The notes beneath the pieces were generated by a model, which made no database searches, was not told the origin of the DNA, and was given only the letters and a program-made list of their open reading frames with translations. Position numbers and translations under genes: made by a program. DNA of 64,000 nucleotides from Eledone cirrhosa (Eukaryota): assembly GCA_964016885.1 (NCBI GenBank), contig OZ024742.1, forward strand, positions 319,362,001-319,426,000, written 5' to 3'. Shown one piece after another: positions 13,487-24,704 of the stretch (position 1 is the first letter of the stretch; every line of letters begins with the position of its first letter).

Positions 13487-16252
13487 TCAGGTGTAGTTTT
13501 GGCGTATTTCGGGAAGCATGGGTGTCTTAAAGGATGCAGTGTCTCGGCAGCTAACAATTGACGCAGGCAGTTTGTTCCATGCTTCAGCAACTCTGAGCGT
13601 GAAAAAATGTCTGCGAAAGTCATGGGAGCTGTGCTGTTTTCTTATCTTGTAGGCATGTCCACGTGTGTTAGACACATGGAGATCAAAGAGGTGCTCAGGG
13701 TTGCAGTTGGCGAGATGGTTAAAAACTTTGTGGGTATTCACCAAGTCCATTGCCAGACGTCGGAGCTTCAATGAATCCATGCCCAGGGAAGCAAGGCGTT
13801 CAGAGTATGGTAGGTGTCTGATGGAGGGTATGCGCTTGGTTGCACGTCTCTGAACAGTTTCCAGGAGGTCAATGTTCCGAGCAAGATAGGGGTTCCAGAC
13901 TGATGATGCGAATTCCAAGTGTGGTCGCACCATAGCTGTATACAGTTTTAAATAGATGGCTGGAGAGCGGCTAACAAAGGTCTTGCTGAGTGATGCCAAG
14001 ACACCCTCGGCCTTCTTGACAATCTTAGAGACATGCTTTGTCCAACGCAAATCGTTGCTGACAGTAATGCCCAGGTCACGTTCACAAGAGGACTTTTTGA
14101 TGTCAGTGTTGTGGAGGGAGTATGTGGACGCTGGATTTTTCCTTCCAAAATGCATGGTGGTACACTTGTCCACAGCCAGCTTCAGTTGCCAGTCTGTGAT
14201 CCATTGCTGCATTGTGTCCAGGTCTGATTGTAGGAAAGAGTTGTAAATTTCAGGATCAGTCCTTTTGATTTCAAGGTACAGCTTGATGTCATCTGCATAT
14301 TTTAGTACCGTGGCATTCTGTAAGTTGGCATCTATGTCATTAATATATGCCACAAACAAAAGAGGACCAAGAACAGATCCCTGTGGTACACCAGATGACA
14401 TCTCATATGGTGAAGAATGCTGTCCTAGAACCGTGACTACTTCCTTTCGGCTGAGAATGAAGGATTTCAGCCAGTCGAAAAGATCATCCCTCACACCCAT
14501 TGCAGAGAGTTTTGCCATAAGTCTTTTGTGTGGCACAGAATTAAAAGCCTTAGCAAAGTCAAGGTAAACAACATCCACCCATGAGCCGCTGTCAGTGATC
14601 CGGGTGATGTCCTCAAGGAACTCGATAAGCTGATCACAGCAGCTGGAGTTGGGGATAAATCCAAACTGTGAGGGCCGGATGAGGCTGTGAGAGCTCCAGA
14701 AGTTCCAAAGTGTTTCTCTGACACAGGATTCCATCAGTTTGGCCATACAGCTAGTAAGACTGACTGGATGATAGTTGACAGGTGACATGCGGTTGCCCTT
14801 TTTGAACAGGGGAATGACACTGGCAGTTTTCCACTGCTCCGGAGTAGCACCATTGCTGAGACAGTATTGAAAGAAAAAAGAAAGCTGGCGCAAAAGGAAA
14901 TCCCCGCCACGTTTGAGAAGCAGGTATGTCACACCATCAAGACTAGGGGAGGCATAGTTGCGCTTATTCTTAAGGTGACGTCGCAACATTGCAGGTGTAA
15001 ATTTCATAGTTGTTATGGAATTTGATGTTAGAGATGGTGGAGATGGTACATTCTGGTTTTCAACAGTAAAAATACTTGCATAGCACTCAGCAATGAGTTC
15101 TGCGCATTCCTTGGGATCGTCAGTGATCTGGCTTGTGTGGGGATTGCGAAGAGGACCAACTGGAGAGTGAGGTCTCTGCTTTGAATGAACATATTTCCAG
15201 AACACCTTACTGTCAGGATTGGTTGCGATGCACTGTTCAAATTCAAGCACTGCCTTCTTTGTCACTTGCTTGAGATGGTTAGAAGATTTATTCCGCTTTT
15301 TTCTGTTGGCATCTGATCTATGCAGTTTATATTCCCGTTCAGCGTTCCGACGTTCTTTCCTGGCAAGTCGGACTGCTGAAGTTTCCCAGATTGCACTTTT
15401 GGGGTGGTTATTTTTCCGCTTCCGTGGCACTGATGCTGCACACGCTATCCATATTGAGTCCAGGATGCTCTAGAGTATAGAGTTCACATCTCCAGAGTTA
15501 TACATCTCATGCCAGTTTGGGCGCTGTAGCTCAGTGCAGTACAAGTTCCAATCCGCCCTCTTCCAGTCAAAGCAAGCAGATTGAAGATGGCTCTGGTTTT
15601 TGTTGCTGCCCTCAAGTGCCAGATTGGCAATGATCATAGCATGATCAGAGTCGCCTAGAGGTTCCTCAGTAGTACAACTGATAACCACTTCAGGAGTAGT
15701 GGTGAAGATCAGGTCCAAAGTGTTGTCACCTCTTGTTGGAGAGGTGACTACTTGTGACCAGTTTGAGTCCAGCACTAGTTCAAGGAAATCGTTTGCACCC
15801 TGTGGCCAAAGAAAGGTTTCCCAATCGATCTCAGGATGATTGAAGTCACCTGCAATAAACACATAAGTGGCTGTTTTCTTGGCAGCAACTCTGAGGATAT
15901 CGCAAAGCTGTGTGTCCTGATGGTAGTTTGGGGGGCGATAAACAACACCAAGCAGAAGTGTTGACATGGTCATACGTATGTCACAGAAAAAAACTTCTTC
16001 CTGTGATTCGTTCAAATCAACGCAAGGAATTACCGAAAAGTTTGAACGAACGTAGACCATCACACCACCACCACGGCGGTTAATGCGGTCCTTGCGGAAA
16101 AGGTTGTACCCAGTAATGGTGAAAACCCCATCACAGAGTAAGGAATGTGCCCATGTTTCCGTGACTGTGATGAAGTCAGGGTCGATGCTTCTGACGTAGG
16201 ATTCGAACAGATGTATCTTGTTGCATAAACTGCGAGCATTTAAGGACAACAA
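13487..16252 (-). pseudogene. CR1 ORF2 (APE endonuclease + reverse transcriptase) with one in-frame TAG at 15470-15472
   Basis: ORFs 15470-16252 and 13487-15430 are in the same frame and separated by a single stop codon. Confidence 0.9.
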
Positions 16253-16309
16253 TTTGTACCCTGCTCGCAGTTTATGATGGTGTGTAGAGGGTGGCAGGTT
16301 GTTCTGGTT

Positions 16310-17697
16310 TAGTTTCCCAGAGTTGTAGCAGTTTTTACATTGCCAGTTATTGTGGGTAGATCACACTCAGACCAGCTGGTATCTCTCTTCCACGTTTCAC
16401 CAGCCTTGACAAACCTCCAGATCTGCCCATCATCACGCAGACTGAAACTTTCATCTTGTGCTGAGTTCCGATTCAAGGAAGCTGCAGCACGTAGTTTTGG
16501 ACGTACATGGGGTGGTAGGCCTGGGCGTGTTCGGAAGGTAATCCGATTTTCACGCCCAGATGATATGAGGTTGCCTCTGCGGGGTCCGAGAAAGACAGCC
16601 TGATGAGTCTGGGTTTTGGACCAGGTCGACCAAGGCGGAGGGCACCCTTTGGGGGAACACAGCCTAGGTCTTTGGCTGAGCTGGCAGCAAATGCCTGAAG
16701 ATCGGCCTTGTCCTCTGGTACCCCAATGGCAATCACTTCATGGGTGGGTAGCAGATTCCGCAGTCTTTTCAGTCTTTCCAGCAAGAGGTACAGGGAGATT
16801 CTTTAGCAAGGCATTCCGATAAGACCCCTCATTGTGGGGTCCTACCCGAATGCTTGCCTCTATTCCTGCAACTTCCCTTCTCAGAGCAGAAATCATTAGT
16901 TGCAGTTCCGCAAAATCTGTACTGGTCGGTTGTTGTTGTTGTTGTTGTTGCTGCTGCTGCTGCTGTCGTTGTTGGTGATGATGATGTTCCTCCACGGGAA
17001 TGGCAGGGGAGGACACAGTCGCAGGTTGTTGCTGTTGTTGTTGTTGTTGGTGATGATGATGTTCCTCCACGGGAATGGCAGGGGAGGACACAGTCGCAGG
17101 TTGTTGCTGTTGTTGTTGTTGGTGATGATGATGTTCCTCCACGGGAATGGTAGGGGAAGACACAGTCACCAGTTGTTGGTGTCGAAATGTACTGGGAGTG
17201 GAAGACATGGGTTGTTGTTGTTTCTGATGTTCTCCCACAGGAATAACAGTAGAAGCCAGTGTCATAGGTTTTTGCCGTTGTTCAGTAACAATGGTAGAGG
17301 AAGACACAGTCATTGGTTTTTGTTGTTGTTGTTGTTGTTTTTCAATAACATTAGTGGAGGCAGGCACACAGGCCAGACACTGAAAGGACCAGGATTTTAG
17401 CTGGACCATCTCCCATATTCCATCCATCATAGCATTATGATGTCTCTTTTTTTGGCCTGGGATCCTCCGGAAGCCTGTGGCGCATTGAAGGCAGACAGAG
17501 ATGCGACAAGTTCCACATTCGACCCAGCGATTACGGAACGAGTTTTCGGGTTCCGCACAGATATGGCAGATGTGATTTTCTGGGCAATGTTCTATCTTGG
17601 GACATCGGCCGGTTTTGTCGCATATTTCATCGATGGATATCACCATGGCAATTTTGTTATTTCTACCCATCCGTAGAAAAACACAGAATGTAAACAA
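16310..17697 (-). pseudogene. CR1 ORF1 (PHD-like Cys cluster, polyQ/His tandem repeats, coiled coil, RRM-like region), frameshifted
   Basis: CHIC..WVECGTC..CLQC..FQCLAC, then repeats ATVSSPAIPVEEHHHHQQQQ. VIAIGVPED..LRLGRPGPKPRLIRLSF follows in a second frame. The 3' limit is approximate. Confidence 0.75.
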
Positions 17698-18500
17698 TAT
17701 AGGTTTAGCGCACTTGATTACGATAGAAATAAAATGACTGTTTTTTTGTGTATTTTGTTTCCGTTTTCCTAAATGTTGTGTGTGTACAGAAGAGTCTGAA
17801 TTACATTACATGTAAACAAATAAATATGCTGCGTAAGTTAAATGAAACGTACTGTAGAAGGCAGTTGTTTATTAACAGCGAAATAAGGTTTTTTTTGTTT
17901 TTTTTTTTCCCTGATACTGCTTCTTTATAGTAAACTTTCAATAATATTTTTTTTCAAATTATTAACTTTCAGCTGCTAGTATATATATATAATTAAAAGG
18001 TGTATGTGGGTTAGAAGCGAGGTCAATGTTAAGAAATATTTTACCAATGTAAATTGGTAAAATTGGCCGGTATAGTGTCTCACACGAAATAGTGTGGTTT
18101 CTTTTCACGTGTGTATATGCATATGGTATGTATCTGTATATAAATCTGTGTGTATATTGTTGTTTATATGTTTTGTGGAGTACTTACTGCGATCCTTAAG
18201 GGACGTAGTGATTTGTTTTGTTTTTTTCCCCTTTTTTCCCCGTCCATGTCCACACGTGGTTTGTTGGCGAAAATCAAGTCAAATTATATATACTTCGTTA
18301 AAATAATTCTATCTTGAAACTGGTACTAGTTGTCAGGGAACAGTGAAAGTAATTGTGATAATGAATATTGTAATCCATCTGACATGTGTTTAAAGGGCAG
18401 TTTTTGGTGAAAATATTATATTTTGTTCGGTCAAGACGTGGTCAAGCGACCTTCCTTGTCGCCATGTTTTTGTATATATGTTATATAAATTTTGTATATA

Positions 18501-18760
18501 AAGTTATGCACTTTATCAAGTAATGTTACTCCAAAGACCCTTCACTGCTTTTATTCGCAATTGTACACTTGTGGTCATTACCCAATAGGTAAGGGTTGGC
18601 ACAAATACCGAATTGAAGATAGTGAGTTTGGCTTTTACACCTACCTCCCTTTTGATTACTGAATGTTGAAGCTGGCACATTACTGCACTTAATTCAGCCT
18701 CCTACCTTCCATTACTCATGAACAGGACCCTGAGACACATGAACTTCTCCACTGATCCTA
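18501..18760 (-). mobile_element. Rex3/Expander-like RTE remnant, right part
   Basis: Minus strand reads VEKFMCLRVLFMSNGR..SAVMCQLQHSVIKREVGVKAKLTIFNSVFVPTLTY, resembling the Rex3 RT C-terminus. Confidence 0.7.
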
Positions 18761-19074
18761 CGCCTGCCAGTCATGATATCACTTGTCACTGATCATTTGC
18801 TGTCAACTGCCTCCATAGTACTACCACTAAAATTTCAGAGCACTGTCTCTGATCCATTGCTGTTGGTCACCTGCAGCCAACTCACTGTAGTACTAGTGCC
18901 CAGTGCCCAGACATTGTCTTCGATCACTCTCTATCAGCTCCCTCCAGACCATTTCCATGGTGTTAGAGCTCAGTGTTAGGACATTGTCCCTGATCAGTTG
19001 CTACAAATCTCACAACAAATATTATTCTAACCGTATAAGGAAAAAATAACATTGTAAATAGTAATAACGTAATG

Positions 19075-19540
19075 ATCTTGATCCTGTGTCATCACCTTTG
19101 AGAAGTGCAATTGTGCAAGGTCAATTTTATCACCTCATCCCAAGCCTTCCAACTCTATAGATCTATCAACTTTGAGTGTCCTGCATCTTTTTATACAACT
19201 ATCATAAGTCATATGCATCACATGTCCATACCAACACAATCTTCTCTCCTGCACACTGCATCTGATTCCTCATATCCCGTTTCTCAGTTGATTTACGCTT
19301 TGCTGTTCATGTATTACACATCCATTGGAGTATTGATGCTTCATTTTTTTCCAATTGTAGGTCCTCTGTACACAGCACCCAGGTATCACTACTATGCAAC
19401 ATTGCTGTTAGTGTACACACCTCATACAATCTGTTCTTTATTTTGAAGGGAAAACCTTTTGTATCCAGCACAAATAGTAGCTCGCTGAACTTTTTCTATC
19501 CCGTTCTCACTCTGGCTACCGTACTTTTGGAACAGCTTCG
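19075..19540 (-). mobile_element. Old diverged RTE 3' remnant (same family as 52881-56006)
   Basis: Reverse complement resembles 55470-55960. Confidence 0.7.
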
Positions 19541-19734
19541 TTCAGCTGTTTCCAAATGATTATAATTTTTTGACAGATCAAATGAAAGCAAAGAGTTTTT
19601 AATGAATGGAGAATAGACATTTAAAGGGACAAAAGAGGATGAAAAATGTAGAGAAAAGAAACAATAACAAATGAATTATTTATTTACTAGAAATAATTTT
19701 TTAAATCTTTTGAAATTGTATTATTGAAATATAA

Positions 19735-19890
19735 AGTAATAATTGTTTCTACTTTTGGCACTAGGCCAGCAATTACCCAGTGCATTACTGGTACTTTATT
19801 TTATCGACCCCGTAAGGATGAAAGGCAAAGGTCGTAACTCTATGCGTCAAAGCATAGCATCCAACCCTCTACCGATACTGCCAATCCACC
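19735..19890 (-). mobile_element. Nin-type tRNA-derived SINE, partial copy
   Basis: TTTATCGACCCCGTAAGGATGAAAGGCAAAG core, shared with 32909-33143 and 21080-21185. Confidence 0.7.
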
Positions 19891-21302
19891 ACCACCGAAA
19901 TATAAAGTAATAATGGTTTCTGATTTAGGCAAAAGGCTAACAATAATAATGATTGTAGATAATTGCTGATTGGAATTTCTTGTCAGTGAAAGTTGGTAGA
20001 TAGAAAATGAGCAGACGACTATTGTATCATTATCATATACAGCTGTTTTCCCTGCTGACATTGTCTTAGTCAGTCCTTATAGAGAGTTACTGTCCTTGAC
20101 AAGTCAGGTGACGATGTCTCACTTACACATTTCCTTTTTGGAATGGTTGCTGCCATAAGTAATCACTCAATGCTTGCTTTTATCTTGCTTAATCTTTACT
20201 GATCACAGTTATAAGATCAAGCACCAAATCTTCAGATTTCATTTCATCCTAAATATTTAGCTGATAGAGATGTATATTTAGGATTTATAACATGATGCAT
20301 TACAAGCCATTTGTCGGTAATATTTTAAAATGTGTTTGTTAATTCCAAATATTTACAGTATCTTTACTAGTGGACAGATAATTGTGATGGACATTGTAAT
20401 GTTTTGAATTTCTCAGTCATACTACTATGGTTTTATGTGGAACAAAATGTTACGAGTTAAAGTAATATGTAAAAGGTAAGTAATTGGCAGAATCATTAGA
20501 AAGTGCTAGATAAAATGGCTAAATATATTTAGTTACAACCTTTTATGTTCTGAGTTCAAATCCTGCTGAAGTCAATTTTGCTTCCCTTTTTGGGGTGTGT
20601 GTGTGTTAATAAAATGAAGTATCAGTCAAATACTGGTGCCGATTTAACCCATATAAATATAAAAATATAACCACTAACCCCTTCTCCTACCAAATATTAA
20701 CCCTTTTGTGACTATAATCCTAGTGAACACTATATTCTAATTAATTAATCAAAAATTTAGAGGGATTTACACAAAATATTAATCATTTCATTATTGAGAT
20801 GGTATTTGTAACATAATTTTATATAAACTTCTTAAATTAAATTAAATTATGAAGATTTTAATGTGAAATGGGTGCTTTTGTTTCATAGCACCAGAAGTGG
20901 TTTTAGCCTGGTTGGTATCAAAAGGGCTTCCTCTCCCAGAAACATTTGAAGCCCTGGTCAACATTAATAATCAATATTAAACTGATATGTGATATTGTTT
21001 GATTGATTGATAAATGTTCCATTCATAAATAAATAAATAGTTTTTAACACAACTTTATAACAGACTTTATAAATGTCATAATAATTGTTTCTACTTTTTG
21101 GCACAAGGCCAGCAATTACCCAGTACATTATTGGTACTTTATTTTATCAACCCCGTAAGGATGAAAGGCAAAGTTAACCTCAGCACCCAGCAAGGTTCAC
21201 ACATTGTATCTCCCTTATTAATTATTCATTTAAACTATGTATTGTAGTGCAATTATCACACAAATTAGATTGTATGCTTCAGTAGGGTTTCATTTTTAAT
21301 GA

Positions 21303-21488
21303 TCACCAGAATGAATTGGAAAAGTAATTAGCTGCAGTACGTAACCAACTTCCAGAATAAAAACTGTTATTTGAGGTCCCGTTACGGCAAACAGCCTTTT
21401 CATCAGGCTGTGGGCTTTCAATATCATCTAAATACTCAGGTCCTTCAGTACTAGCATTGGCTGGATCACTATTACATGGCAAAATAAC
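21303..21488 (-). CDS. ARMC1: ARMC1 last coding exon (8/8): VILPC...PEYLDDIESPQPDEKAV...SWLRTAANYFSNSFW*
   Basis: Matches the recalled ARMC1 C-terminus (PDYLPEDESP..KAVSR..SWLSTAANFLSRSFYW). Acceptor TTTACAG, phase 0. Confidence 0.9.
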   Translation of the reverse strand, partial: VILPCNSDPANASTEGPEYLDDIESPQPDEKAVCRNGTSNNSFYSGSWLRTAANYFSNSFW

Positions 21489-22544
21489 CTGTAAATATAT
21501 ATAAAGAAAACAGACATTTATATACTGTATAGACTTGTATATAAGTTGAGAAATATGTGACAAAAAAAAAAGATGGTAAAATGATAGGGCTGGCTTATAT
21601 TTGAGGTCAATATTTTACTGATTTTCATCAACTTCAAAATCCTACGTAAATGAGGTTCTAAAATATTTTTGCTTTGGAGGTAAACATACTGGTTTCACTT
21701 TGGAGGTGAATATTACATTGGTTTCACATTGGAGGTGAATATTACACCGGTTCATTTTCGTTGTGAAATTCATATTTCCCATTGTTTTTTTTTATGTTTT
21801 GAATGAATATATCCTTCAAAATGGTTGGAAATTGTAATTGTAAAAAAATTGTTACATAATGGAGTTGTGAAACACAAACTATACTCTAAATGATACTTAG
21901 AACATTTTAAATATCAAAATATCAAAACTTCACAAATATATTCTCCACTCATGAGAATTTCAAAACCACACCATCTAAACATAATGTGTTGATTACCTGC
22001 CTCTGCATATACAAGGGGTTTGGGTTTTTGCCTATTTCTCAGACATAAAATAGTGGGGTAGACTTGTATTTGAGTTTATATAGTAATTTGAAAAGAAGGT
22101 CTTTTCCTTGAAATATGATGATGAAATATATAGGGAAAAACGTTTTGTTTTGTCATCTTTTACCCCAGTTCCATCTTTGTATTTCTATCTGCATTGTTAT
22201 GGCTTTATCAATACTCACTCTGTTATCTATTACATATATTGATATACATTTTTGTGTGCATACTCACACACACACACAAATGCACATATTTAGGAATACA
22301 AACAGAAAAAAATTTCTCTATTCAAAACTAAAGCTTCTTTCTGGTGTTACCCAGTTTCCTGTTCTATAGCTGTTTGACAAAGTGAAATTATATACTCATC
22401 TGCTTTAGTCTCGTCAGTCAGTTATATACAGAGGCTTAAAACCATTATCTCTGTAACATGCATTAAGCAATACAGTGTTACCTAGCCCCTACTGTCACAC
22501 ATCTCAGCTGTTCTGTAATATTGAACATGGTAACAGAAAGCATG

Positions 22545-22695
22545 CAACTGGTTGGTCATGTCTTGTGGTAGTCAGATTATTGATAGGCAACTGGTTGGTC
22601 ATGTCTTGTGGCAGTCAGATCATTGATATGCAACTGGTTAGTCATGTCTGGTGACAGCCAGATCATCACATCTGGTTGCATCCAGATCATCATGT
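22545..22695. repeat. ~43-bp degenerate tandem repeat
   Basis: GCAACTGGTTGGTCATGTCTTGTGG.AGTCAGAT.ATTGATA repeated about three times. Confidence 0.75.
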
Positions 22696-22852
22696 CTGCT
22701 GGGTGTTTTATCATGATATGACTGGGGACTTATTAAAATATTTGAGAAACCCATGAGGTACAAATGCATAGGAGGCCACATAGGTGTAAGCTGTAACAAC
22801 ATGAAATGTATCAAACAAATATAAAACCTTTGAATTGTATGTTATACTATAC

Positions 22853-22927
22853 CTCTTCTCCAAATTCATTTTTTACAATCTGCTGAGCTGACATAGTTTG
22901 AGACTTTGCTATTGCTTCTATTAATAC
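22853..22927 (-). CDS. ARMC1: ARMC1 coding exon 7: VLIEAIAKSQTMSAQQIVKNEFGEE
   Basis: AG/GT bounded, 75 nt. Compare human [25 protein letters not shown]. Confidence 0.9.
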
Positions 22928-24319
22928 CTGCAAACAAATGAAACATGAGTAAGACAATAAAAATACAAACAACAAATGATTTAACCCTTCAGCATTTAAA
23001 CCGGCTATATTTGGCCAGAATTTTCTCACCTCTTTCTGTTCAAACCGGCCGTAACTTGCTACTCATACTAATGTTAAGGTATTGTTCTCAAAATAGGTAA
23101 TATCAAAATCTCATAGATTTGATATTATGTGAGATAAAGCCTTTACTTCGAAAATACAATAGTATATACAGAATAATGGGTTACGGCCATTTTCCTTGCT
23201 AAAGCAGAGGTTAGCCTAGTAGAGCCCCATGATAAGCTTTTCCATTTTGCCTTATGATATGCATTCCTTTTCGTTTCCTCCTCCATGTCTTTCTTGGCCT
23301 TCTTCTTCCTCTACATTCATTTCTATCACTTTTCTTACCCAGCCACATCCATCCTTCTTCAATACATGATCCAGCTGTCTCTTCCCAACAGCCACTAAGA
23401 CTGATGTATACAGATAATTCAAATTTGTTATTCTTAAGCATTAACTTACTTTTACCCAGAAACTGAGGCATTTAATAGTTAATAAACAAACTATTCTAAA
23501 TGTATGTTTATTATACATAATCATATTGTATATGGGTCTATATATGCTTTTATTCTGAATCATGCTGTGTTAGTGTTATTGTTAATATGTATACACACAG
23601 ACACACTTGTGTAAAAGTGTACTCCCTATTATTTGCCAAATATATTTGGATTTTCCCATGACACTCATGTAAAAGTCGACTCTAGTTTTTCACAGAAAAC
23701 AGATTAACATTTGTGATTCAAGTTATTATCTTGAACATAAATCTTTTCGTAAAAGAATTAATTTTCTTGCAAGGAAATATAAGAGCTATGTTGCCTTACT
23801 TATGTATTGGTTGTAGGAAATGTGTTTTGATGCATAGAAACATTGATATTATTATTGTACTTGATTCTTTGAGTTTTTTATTTATTTAGAGTCTATTTTG
23901 GCTTCTGCTTATCCTCCTCCTCATCATTATCACTGTTTAATGTCATTTTCCATGCTAGCAGGGGTTAGATAAATTGTTCTGTTGTGAGACAAGTCAGATC
24001 AGGTGACAGTCTTGTTCATACAGAACTGTTTCTAGCTTGGTTTCTATAACTGGATGCTCTTTCTAACACCAACCACATGGACTGGGTGCTTTTTGTGGCA
24101 CTAAAACGACCAACAGACAGGTTGGACTGGGTACTTTAGCTACACAAAAGCAGAATCCATGTAATAGGCAACTGCATAAATTTAAGATAAAAAGTAGTAA
24201 CAAAATATCTGACTTTTACATAATATACGGAATATGTATGTGTGTGTGTTTGTGTTAAAAATAACAACAAAATGAACTGCAATGTAAATGAAAGAAAAGA
24301 TTCAGCATGAAATACTTAC

Positions 24320-24436
24320 CTCAGGTTGTACTTTGGAAAGGGCTCTGATTGTGCAACGAGATTTGTTCATATCAAAGATTATACTGACAACACCTTTGAC
24401 TTTTATAAGGAGACAGGTACATAATTCACGATCATG
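24320..24436 (-). CDS. ARMC1: ARMC1 coding exon 6: HDRELCTCLLIKVKGVVSIIFDMNKSRCTIRALSKVQPE (HMA-like fold)
   Basis: TAG acceptor, GTAAGT donor, 117 nt. Compare human [33 protein letters not shown]. Confidence 0.9.
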
Positions 24437-24704
24437 CTATAATAGATATAAATATACACATTGATTTTCTACTAATTTTGCAAGATTCTTAATGGGAAAT
24501 CATGTGTTGAAATTGGAGGATCATGTTGCCACAAGAATACTCATTGAGGTAGACACAGAATATGTGACAAAAGAGCATTGGCAATTGATTAACCATCTCA
24601 TTATTAAACTAACCAAGGAGTGGATCAGTTACCTGACTAATAATAAAAGTGAAGTAAAACTCAACTGATCCAAGTTCTTTTATTAGCAGTATGATCCTCC
24701 TATA

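Larger units (their letters stand above)
13212..18500 (-). mobile_element. Full-length CR1-clade LINE (~5.3 kb) with 5' UTR, ORF1, ORF2, (ATT)n tail and a 7-bp TSD AAGTTAT
   Basis: AAGTTAT lies at 13205-13211 and 18501-18507, and the host repeat is continuous across it. ORF2 has APE (LNARSL, VTETW, GDFNHP, SDH) and RT (YLDFAKAF, GVPQGSVLGP, YADD, ERDLG, TRGH). Confidence 0.92.
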
